Source: Clostridia bacterium (GTDB taxonomy: Bacteria; Bacillota; Clostridia; Christensenellales; CAG-138). From it: 64,000 nt of DNA. The position numbers and the translations under genes are program-made. The notes beneath the pieces are model-generated. The model was not told the DNA's origin. It saw only the letters and a program-made list of their open reading frames with translations, and ran no database searches. Shown in pieces: positions 26,018-32,585 of this stretch. The stretch lies in contig JAFWMS010000033.1 in NCBI GenBank assembly GCA_017545535.1, forward strand, positions 41,889-105,888, read 5' to 3'. How positions within the stretch are numbered: position 1 is the first letter of the stretch; each line of letters starts with the position of its first letter.

Positions 26018-28714
26018 TTATCTTGCCACGTTTTCAAAGAACGCATGAATTGCGGTCGCGATCTCTCCGCGGGTGGCGTCTGCTCCCGGGCGGATATTGT
26101 GGTCTCCATCCGGGCGGAGGATCCCGTTCGCAACTGCCCAATCCATTGCTTCAACGGCCATAGCGGAAACGTCTTCGGAGTCATGAAAAACCGGATGTGC
26201 CGTCTTGACCGCATATCCCTTCCATACTGCGTACCGGTATAGGATCACCGCCAGCTGCTCCCGGGTCACATTGTCAGTCGCACCGTAGGTTCCGTCGCCG
26301 TAACCGAGCACGAGGCCAGCGGAGGCCGCCCATTCCACGCCGTCCGAATACCACTGTCTAGCCGGCACATCGGAGAACGCGCCGGAGTAGGGGACTGCCG
26401 GTTCGCCCTCAATGCGATAGAGGATCGTGACGATCATCCCGCGGGTCATGGGAAACTCCGGCCCGAACAGAGTGTCGCTCATGCCGTCCATGATCCCTTT
26501 CTCATAGACGTACTTCACGTCGTCATAGATGTCCATATCCTTTGTCACGTCGGTGAAGGGAAGCTCCGGCTGGGGCCTGGGCGCAGGCGCAGGCTCCGGT
26601 CCCGGCACCGGCTTGGGCTCCGGCTCGGGTTCCGGCTCGGGTTCCGGCTCGGGCTCCGGCAGCGGATCGACCGACGCCGTCTCGGCCTCCCCGCAGCGGC
26701 CGCAGACGCGGGTCATCACGCCCGGCATGCCGACCTGCGGCTCATTCGTGACTTCCCATCCGCCCCAGTCGTGCCCCAGGGCTTCGATGGTCTCCTGCTC
26801 TTTCAGCACTTCGCCGCAGGCCGAGCAGTGTTTGCCCTCTGTGAGGCCCGTCTCCGTACAGGTGGCCGCCACGGCTGGGTCGGTGACCTCGGTATGGACG
26901 TGGGAAAGCTTCTGTATGGTCTTCTTCTCCCGGCTCAGCTCCGCATCGCAGACGGTACAGTAGACCACCTCGTCGTAGCTGCCCTCTTCCGCTTCGGTGG
27001 CTGCTACCTCGTTCTCCTTCACCGTCTCGCCGGGGGAGTGGCCCAGGGCGTCTATGGTCTCCTGCTTCGTTAGGACCTCGCCGCAGACGGAGCACCTGCT
27101 GCCCTCGGTAAGACCCTCCTCAGTGCAGGTGGGCTTTTTGCCCGCCACGGTCTCGGGGGTGTGCCCCAGAGCCACCACTTCCTCCTGCTTCACCAACACC
27201 TCTCCGCACGCCGAGCAGTGCTTCCCTTCCGTGAGGCCAGTTGCGGTACAGGTAGGTTCTTTGGCTTCGTCTACAACTTCCGTATGGCCCTTCGCCGGAA
27301 TCTCCTCCTGCTTCACCAACACTTCTCCGCAGACCGAACAGTGCTTGCCCTCCGTGAGGCCGGTTGCGGTGCAGGTAGGTTCTTTGGCTTCGTCTACAAC
27401 TTCCGTATGACCCTTGGGTGGGATTATCTGCTGTTCCTCCGCCATTCCGCAGCGGGAGCAGTGTTTCCCCTCGGTAAGGCCCGTTGCGGTGCAGGTGGGG
27501 GCCATAGCCTTGTCCGTGACCCAGTCGTGACCGTTCTCAGTGTCGGGCTCACCGTATTCCTGCCCACAGGTTTCACATTTGGCCTTCTCGGTGCAGGTGG
27601 CTGCGCCGCCGGAATGCGCGGCTTCATCGCTTCTTGCTGTGCAGCCGTCGTTCAGGCACTTGTGGTAATGGCCGTTTTCGTCATAGCTCCATTCGGCGTC
27701 CCACTTGTGACCCAGGGCGGCTTTTTCCACATAGGTGGTGTACGTGCACCGGGAACAGGTCTGGTAAGCATCCCAGCCGATATCCGTACAGGTGGGGGCT
27801 TTCGCCTCTTGGTCGATCAGGTCATGATTATCCGGATTCGTCTCTCCGTATTTCTGGCCACAGATTTCGCAAACTGCCTGTTCCGCACATGTGGCTGTAC
27901 CGCCGCTGTGCTGCCCGTAATCACCGTATTCGGCTCCGCATTTTTCGCATTTGGCCTTTTGTACACAAGTGGCCTTGCCGCCAGAGTGGGCTTCCAGAGG
28001 GAAGTCGGTGTCGCAGTGATAGCAGTAAGGCTTATGTTCTGTAGCGGTGCGGAGATCATACCACATTTCGTGCGAGGAGATCGTGCCGTAGTCATGATCG
28101 CACTTCTCGCAGTGAGGCTGGTAGTCACATCTCTTTTCATACTGGTCGTAATGAGCGTCCGTCTTCTCCGCACCGCAGACGCACACGCCCTTGCAGGTGT
28201 TGTCGTCCACATAGGTCCAATTGCCGTAGCTGTGGGCGTTTTCTTCCTTGGCATCGCAGCCGTCTTGCTGACAGAGGCGGTAATGGCGTGTGGCATCGTT
28301 CGGGTCAGGGGTCCACGGGCCCCAGTCGTGGGCGGCTTCGTCCTGTTTCCCACCGCAGCCGTTCAGACACTTGTGATAATGCACGTTCGCGTCAAAGCTC
28401 CATTCGGTGCTCCAACTGTGACCCAAAACGCTGCCGTATTCCTGCCCGCATACCTCGCAGCGGGGGCGGCCGGTACAGGCGTTGCCACCGTGATGATCTT
28501 CCCAGATATAGCCAGAGGATGTAGAATGCATGCAACCGGTATTGGAGCATGAAAGAGCGTGTTGCTCAGAATTTCTGACTATCGGGATTAATATGCCCGT
28601 TCCGCAGTCCGGGCAGGCTTGCCCTGATGTATATGCCTTTGTTGTACGCATAGGTAGCAGGGCCAAAAGAAGCGTCAAAGTCAGTAACAGGGCAAAAACT
28701 CGTTTCGCGTTCAT
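26018..28714 (-). CDS. S-layer-homology (3x SLH) cell-wall-anchored protein with many Cys/His-rich zinc-ribbon-like modules
   Basis: ATG at 28714 sits 7 nt after AGGAGG. Signal peptide MNAKRVFALLLTLTLLLALLP. The N-terminal two thirds hold repeated HxW..YHKC / C..C..HCSxCG modules. (PE)n linker, then three C-terminal SLH repeats (FTDV..., FSDV..., FHDS...). The track ORF start at 28876 runs into the repeat region and is rejected. Confidence 0.8.
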   Translation of the reverse strand: MNAKRVFALLLTLTLLLALLPMRTTKAYTSGQACPDCGTGILIPIVRNSEQHALSCSNTGCMHSTSSGYIWEDHHGGNACTGRPRCEVCGQEYGSVLGHSWSTEWSFDANVHYHKCLNGCGGKQDEAAHDWGPWTPDPNDATRHYRLCQQDGCDAKEENAHSYGNWTYVDDNTCKGVCVCGAEKTDAHYDQYEKRCDYQPHCEKCDHDYGTISSHEMWYDLRTATEHKPYCYHCDTDFPLEAHSGGKATCVQKAKCEKCGAEYGDYGQHSGGTATCAEQAVCEICGQKYGETNPDNHDLIDQEAKAPTCTDIGWDAYQTCSRCTYTTYVEKAALGHKWDAEWSYDENGHYHKCLNDGCTARSDEAAHSGGAATCTEKAKCETCGQEYGEPDTENGHDWVTDKAMAPTCTATGLTEGKHCSRCGMAEEQQIIPPKGHTEVVDEAKEPTCTATGLTEGKHCSVCGEVLVKQEEIPAKGHTEVVDEAKEPTCTATGLTEGKHCSACGEVLVKQEEVVALGHTPETVAGKKPTCTEEGLTEGSRCSVCGEVLTKQETIDALGHSPGETVKENEVAATEAEEGSYDEVVYCTVCDAELSREKKTIQKLSHVHTEVTDPAVAATCTETGLTEGKHCSACGEVLKEQETIEALGHDWGGWEVTNEPQVGMPGVMTRVCGRCGEAETASVDPLPEPEPEPEPEPEPEPKPVPGPEPAPAPRPQPELPFTDVTKDMDIYDDVKYVYEKGIMDGMSDTLFGPEFPMTRGMIVTILYRIEGEPAVPYSGAFSDVPARQWYSDGVEWAASAGLVLGYGDGTYGATDNVTREQLAVILYRYAVWKGYAVKTAHPVFHDSEDVSAMAVEAMDWAVANGILRPDGDHNIRPGADATRGEIATAIHAFFENVAR
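26780..27540 (-). repeat. in-frame 123-bp (41-aa) tandem repeats inside the SLH gene, plus a GGCTCGGGTTCC microsatellite at about 26590-26670 encoding (PE)n
   Basis: AGGTTCTTTGGCTTCGTCTACAACTTCCGTATG occurs at 27254 and 27377 (period 123). Protein units GHTEVVDEAKEPTCTATGLTEGKHCS(V/A)CGEVLVKQEE are nearly identical, and flanking units are more diverged. Confidence 0.8.
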
Positions 28715-28803
28715 AGGGTTTCCTCCTTTTCGGTCACATGAAAAAGATATACTATACAAAAGCATCATACCATACACCTCACTCCTTGAAAAGCCCCAAA
28801 AGA

Positions 28804-29024
28804 GTCGGGGCGACGGGATTTGTCGCGCCTGTGGGCTTGGTCGGGGCGCGGCTCTGAAGCCCCATCGGGGCTTCATTCACTTCCGCGCCCTTCAAATCTT
28901 TCAGATTTGAACCCTTGCCGCTAAAAAAGCCGCACTGCGGCTTTTTCTGAACGCGGCTTCAAATCCCGTCGCTTCTTCAAACATAAGAATATGGACCATC
29001 CGCAAGGGATGGTCCATATTCTTG
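28804..29024. repeat. tRNA-Pro-3'-end-seeded repeat unit A (167-nt core plus 17-bp-stem hairpin)
   Basis: Starts with GTCGGGGCGACGGGATTTG, identical to 19 nt of the tRNA-Pro 3' end. The core 28804-28970 differs from unit B at only 3 positions. Confidence 0.85.
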
Positions 29025-29243
29025 GTCGGGGCGACGGGATTTGTCGCGCCTGCGGGCTTAGTCGGGGCGCGGCTCTGAAGCCCCATCGGGGCTTCATTCA
29101 CTCCCGCGCCCTTCAAATCTTTCAGATTTGAACCCTTGCCGCTAAAAAAGCCGCACTGCGGCTTTTTCTGAACGCGGCTTCAAATCCCGTCTTTTCCAAA
29201 AAAGCAATAAAAGAGACCATCCGTTGGATGGTCTCTTTTATTG
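29025..29243. repeat. tRNA-Pro-3'-end-seeded repeat unit B (167-nt core plus 17-bp-stem hairpin/terminator)
   Basis: TTGGTCGGGGCGACGGGATTTG at 29022-29043 is identical to 29241-29262 at the genuine tRNA-Pro 3' end. Core is 29025-29191. Confidence 0.85.
29192..29242 (-). terminator. rho-independent terminator immediately after tRNA-Pro
   Basis: On the minus strand, AATAAAAGAGACCATCC-aacg... forms a 17-bp stem followed by GCTTTTTTGG. Confidence 0.75.
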
Positions 29244-29318
29244 GTCGGGGCGACGGGATTTGAACCCACGACCTTTTGGTCCCGAACCAAACGCGCTACC
29301 AAACTGCGCTACGCCCCG
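29242..29318 (-). tRNA. tRNA-Pro (anticodon CGG), CCA encoded
   Basis: Hand-folded cloverleaf: acceptor CGGGGCG/CGCCCCG, D arm GCGC-AGTTTGGTA-GCGC, anticodon arm TTTGG-TTCGGGA-CCAAA, T arm GTGGG-TTCAAAT-CCCGT, ACCA tail. 77 nt. Confidence 0.9.
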
Positions 29319-29356
29319 AAAAAAAGGGACTAAGGCCGACCTTAGACCCTTTTTTC
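29319..29356 (-). terminator. terminator-like hairpin in the tRNA-Thr/tRNA-Pro spacer
   Basis: On the minus strand: AAAAAAGGGTCTAAGG-tcgg-CCTTAGTCCCTTTTTTT (one internal mismatch), flanked by an A-run and a T-run. Confidence 0.4.
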
Positions 29357-29357
29357 A

Positions 29358-29433
29358 TGGAGCCAAATGTCAGACTCGAACTGACGACCTGCGCATTACG
29401 AATGCGCTGCTCTACCGACTGAGCTAATTTGGC
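29358..29433 (-). tRNA. tRNA-Thr (anticodon CGT), CCA encoded
   Basis: Hand-folded: acceptor GCCAAAT/ATTTGGC, D arm GCTC-AGTCGGTA-GAGC, anticodon arm GCGCA-TTCGTAA-TGCGC, T arm GTCAG-TTCGAGT-CTGAC, TCCA tail. 76 nt. Confidence 0.9.
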
Positions 29434-29455
29434 ACGCCTCTTACGAAGCCTGATT

Positions 29456-29484
29456 ATCATAGCAAATCGACGCTTAAAAGTCAA
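29456..29484 (-). promoter_or_regulatory. sigma-A promoter for the tRNA pair (TTGACT-17-TATGAT)
   Basis: Minus-strand hexamers at 29484-29479 and 29461-29456. The -10 ends about 22 nt before the tRNA-Thr 5' end. Confidence 0.55.
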
Positions 29485-29520
29485 GCTGTTTTCCGCAAGA
29501 AATACAAAAAAGGGGATCGC

Positions 29521-29549
29521 TTGACAGGTTTTGCCCCATCCGCTACAAT
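29521..29549 (+). promoter_or_regulatory. sigma-A promoter (TTGACA-17-TACAAT)
   Basis: Hexamers at 29521-29526 and 29544-29549, 30 nt upstream of the ATG at 29580. Confidence 0.6.
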
Positions 29550-29579
29550 CAGTGAGAAAAGCAATGACGAGGTGTATAT

Positions 29580-30248
29580 ATGCGTGATTTTTTGATCGGA
29601 AACGGTCCTCTGGTGGTGGGCGTGCTGCTGCTCGTGGAGGCGGCGGTGCTGGTGGGGCTGCTGCGGCTCTACAATGGCCAAAGGGCACCCATGGTGCTGT
29701 GCATGGCGCTGGTGACTGCGGGGCTGCTCTTTGACGGGGCGGTGATCCTGCTGGGCTGGTGGCTGCCGGAGGGCTTGCTCCGGGTGCTGTCCATGGGCAG
29801 GTTCCTGTTCCATGGGCTCTGCATGCCTCTGCTGCTGATGATCTCCGCATACGCCCTTGGGGCAAAGGGAAAGGCGGCCAAGGCGTTTTGGATCATAGCC
29901 GCCGTACTCATGGCGCTGGGCGCTCTTTCGGGCCTTTTGACCAAGCTGGAGGTAGTGAATTTCGCTGGGTTCCTTCGCTGTACCGCCTCCGCTGCTACGC
30001 CCTTTTGGGCGGACAGGTATCTGTCCATCCTGTCGGTGGCCATGGTGATCCCTCTGATCCTGGCGGGTATTTGGCTCATGATCAAGAAGAAGGGGCCCTT
30101 TCTGTTCCTCAGCGGCCTGTTCATGTTCGCTTTCTCGGCCCTTGGGCCTGCCACGGGGAATATCGACCTTATCTTCCTCATCGGCATGATCGGTGAAGCG
30201 CTGATGGTCCTTTGCTTCCTGCTCCACGCCAGGAAGGCCCGCAGCTGA
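29580..30248 (+). CDS. polytopic membrane protein of unknown function
   Basis: 222 aa with about 6-7 hydrophobic helices. GAGGTG RBS. No family recognised. Confidence 0.6.
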   Translation: MRDFLIGNGPLVVGVLLLVEAAVLVGLLRLYNGQRAPMVLCMALVTAGLLFDGAVILLGWWLPEGLLRVLSMGRFLFHGLCMPLLLMISAYALGAKGKAAKAFWIIAAVLMALGALSGLLTKLEVVNFAGFLRCTASAATPFWADRYLSILSVAMVIPLILAGIWLMIKKKGPFLFLSGLFMFAFSALGPATGNIDLIFLIGMIGEALMVLCFLLHARKARS

Positions 30249-30266
30249 TCTTCTTTTGTGTGCAAT

Positions 30267-30294
30267 AAAAAACCGCCGATATCTCGGCGGTTTT
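30267..30294. terminator. bidirectional terminator
   Basis: AAAAAACCGCCGA-tatc-TCGGCGGTTTT between convergent genes. Confidence 0.8.
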
Positions 30295-30308
30295 GTGCTA
30301 TACCCGGT

Positions 30309-31091
30309 TTAGTATCCCAGCAGCAGCTCCAGGGTCTTGGTCCCGGCTTGGCCGTCCACGGTCAGGTTGTTGGCCTTCTGGAAGGCCTTGACGGCGGCCA
30401 CGGTGTCCGTGCCGCAGTAGCCGGTGGACTTGCCCTTCAAATATCCCTTCTTGATGAGGGCGTCCTGGATGGTTTTGATCACGTCAAGCTTGTCCTTTTC
30501 CTTCATGGTGTAGGCCGTGGCGTTGTCAGACATGAGCTTGTCATAGGTGGCCTTGTCGCACTTGCCGGTCTGCTTGATGTCGTTGCGCTCCTGGAACTTG
30601 GTGATGGCCTTGGCACACATGGAGCCATAGGTGGTGGTCACCACGCCTTTACCCTCCGCGTCCTTCTCAGGGTAGGGGAGGTAGTGGAGGTCCACCAGCC
30701 GCTGCTGCACCTTCTTCACGGTCTCGCCGTCGTTGGTGCCGCCCACCTCCAGGGTCTTGAACTCAGCGGGCGTCTCGTTGGGATCCGCCGAGGGCTCTGG
30801 GGTCTCCTCGGGAGCGTCCGTGTTGGTCACCTCCGGCGTATCGGTGGGGACAGCCGTGGGCTCCGAAGTGGCTTCGATGGTGGCCGTGGCGGTGGCTTCC
30901 ACAACGGCTGCCTTGGCCTTACTTTTGGCGCAGGAGCCGGAGAAGGCCAAAATCAGGATGGCCGCAATCAGGATGATGGCCGCCGCGGCGAACAGCAGCA
31001 GCGTCATCAGCCGCACCCGATAGGCGGCGCCGCCCAAACGAATCTTAATGTATTTGTCCATCAAGGAAGTTTTTTCCATCTCTTCGTTCAT
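30309..31091 (-). CDS. membrane-anchored protein with three peptidoglycan-binding (PG_binding_1-like) repeats
   Basis: ATG at 31091 after GGGAGG. TM helix LMTLLLFAAAAIILIAAILILAF, Thr/Glu/Pro linker, then repeats such as GETVKKVQQRLVDLHYL and DTVAAVKAFQKANNLTVDGQAGTKTLELL. Confidence 0.7.
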   Translation of the reverse strand: MNEEMEKTSLMDKYIKIRLGGAAYRVRLMTLLLFAAAAIILIAAILILAFSGSCAKSKAKAAVVEATATATIEATSEPTAVPTDTPEVTNTDAPEETPEPSADPNETPAEFKTLEVGGTNDGETVKKVQQRLVDLHYLPYPEKDAEGKGVVTTTYGSMCAKAITKFQERNDIKQTGKCDKATYDKLMSDNATAYTMKEKDKLDVIKTIQDALIKKGYLKGKSTGYCGTDTVAAVKAFQKANNLTVDGQAGTKTLELLLGY

Positions 31092-31311
31092 TGTTTGATT
31101 CCTCCCTTTCTGTGTGTTTCCTGTACAATTCCTATTGTATACATGAACGTATATATTTTTCAACAAAAGTATGAACAAAATATTAACAATCACACAAAAA
31201 TCAAGCTTTTTGCTTTTTTTTTACAATTTATCAGGAAAAATGCACCGTACCGATTCGTTTGCCTATGGCGAGTCTTTGTCCGTATCCGATTTGAAAGCAG
31301 GTTTGAAATAA

Positions 31312-31337
31312 GCAAAAAGCCCCGGAGGGCTTTTTGC
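31312..31337 (-). terminator. rho-independent terminator after the rocD-like gene (palindromic, could act both ways)
   Basis: GCAAAAAGCCC-cgga-GGGCTTTTTGC. Confidence 0.75.
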
Positions 31338-31371
31338 ATACGGAAGATTGGTTTGTGGTTTGAACCCCAAA

Positions 31372-32565
31372 TTATTTGCTGAGCGCCTTCGTGATGCGGA
31401 CCAGCGCTTCATCCAGCTCCTCGTAGGTGACGGGGATGGGGGGCGCGAAGCGGATCGTGTGGTCGTGGGTCTCCTTGCAGAGAACGCCCTCGTGGATGCA
31501 GGCCTTCACGTAGTCGAAGGCGTCCCCGTAGAACTCGACGCCAATCAGCAGACCGCGACCGCGGACTTCCTTGATCTCCGGGTTATGGATCTTCTTCAGA
31601 CCATCCATGAAGTACTTGCCCTTCTCGCGGGCCAGCCGGGGATAATCGTCCCGCTGCAGGATCTCCAGAGCCTTGATGCCGCAGGCGCAGGCCAGGGGGT
31701 TGCCGCCGAAGGTGGAGCCATGGGAGCCGGGCGTATAGAGGCCCAGGATGTCCTCGTTCGCCGCGATGGCGGACAGGGGCATGACGCCGCCGCCCAGAGC
31801 CTTGCCCATGATGTAGATGTCCGGGATCACGTTCTCGTGCCAGCAGGCGAACATGTCGCCGGTGCGGGCAAAGCCGGTCTGGACTTCATCGGCCAGGAAG
31901 AGGATGTTGTTCTCCGTGCAGATCTGGCGGACTTCCGTGAGCCATCCCTCCGGAGGCACGATGATGCCGGCCTCGCCCTGGATGGGCTCGGCCAGGAACG
32001 CGACGGTGTTCGGCGTGATGGCATCGCGCAGCGCCTGGGCGTCGCCATAGGGGATGGTCTTGAATCCGGGGCAGTAGGGACCATAGTTGTCCTTGGCCAG
32101 GGGGTCGGTGGAGAAGCTGATGATGGCGATGGTGCGGCCGTGGAAATTGTTGGCGCAGGTGATGATCTCCTGCTTACCGTTTTCGACGCCCTTCACCTTG
32201 GTGCCCCAAAGACGGGCGGTCTTCAACGCGGTCTCGACCGCTTCCGCGCCGGTGTTCATGGGCAGGACCATATCCTTGCCCGTGAGCTTCGTGAGGCTCT
32301 CATAGAACGCGCCGAGATTCTCACAGTGGAAGGCACGGCTGGTCAGGGTGCACTTGTCCAGCTGCTCCTTGGCGGCCGCGACGATCTCAGGATGGCGATG
32401 ACCAAAGTTGTGGGCCGAATAGGCGGACAGCATGTCGAAGTATTGCCGTCCCTCAGGGTCGGTGACGACGGCACCTTCGGCTTTCACGATGACGACGGGC
32501 TTGGGCGCATAGTTGTGGGCGCCGTACTTGTTGGTTTGCTCGATGATCTCTTTTGAAGTATGCAT
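31372..32565 (-). CDS. rocD: ornithine--oxo-acid aminotransferase
   Basis: Class-III aminotransferase. N-terminus IIEQTNKYGAHNYAPKPVVIVKAEGAVVTDPEGRQYFDMLSAYSAHNFGHRHP and DEVQTGFARTG. 397 aa. Confidence 0.85.
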   Translation of the reverse strand: MHTSKEIIEQTNKYGAHNYAPKPVVIVKAEGAVVTDPEGRQYFDMLSAYSAHNFGHRHPEIVAAAKEQLDKCTLTSRAFHCENLGAFYESLTKLTGKDMVLPMNTGAEAVETALKTARLWGTKVKGVENGKQEIITCANNFHGRTIAIISFSTDPLAKDNYGPYCPGFKTIPYGDAQALRDAITPNTVAFLAEPIQGEAGIIVPPEGWLTEVRQICTENNILFLADEVQTGFARTGDMFACWHENVIPDIYIMGKALGGGVMPLSAIAANEDILGLYTPGSHGSTFGGNPLACACGIKALEILQRDDYPRLAREKGKYFMDGLKKIHNPEIKEVRGRGLLIGVEFYGDAFDYVKACIHEGVLCKETHDHTIRFAPPIPVTYEELDEALVRITKALSK

Positions 32566-32585
32566 AGCTTTCTCCTGATTCTATA

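Noticed and set aside
28715-29116. ORFs running through the tRNA-derived repeats: the N-terminal extension of the SLH ORF to 28876, and the 71-aa ORF at 28901-29116 (-).
   Set aside because: There is no RBS. The translations are Pro/Arg/Ala-rich. They cross hairpins and terminator-like elements. The SLH gene has a proper AGGAGG-ATG plus signal peptide at 28714.
28804-29243. Possible CRISPR array.
   Set aside because: There are only two long (about 221 bp) units with no short unique spacers and no cas genes. The repeat is tRNA-derived.
26018-30300. Integrated prophage or genomic island at the tRNA-Thr/tRNA-Pro locus.
   Set aside because: No integrase, recombinase, transposase or phage-like gene is recognisable on either side. 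I found no further copy of the 22-mer beyond 28804. Only the att-like scars remain.
31091-31372. AT-rich 280-bp intergenic region as a possible ncRNA or foreign insert.
   Set aside because: It is explained by the promoter region of the PG-binding protein gene (TTGAAA-18-TACAAT on the minus strand) plus the rocD terminator. No conserved structure or ORF was evident.
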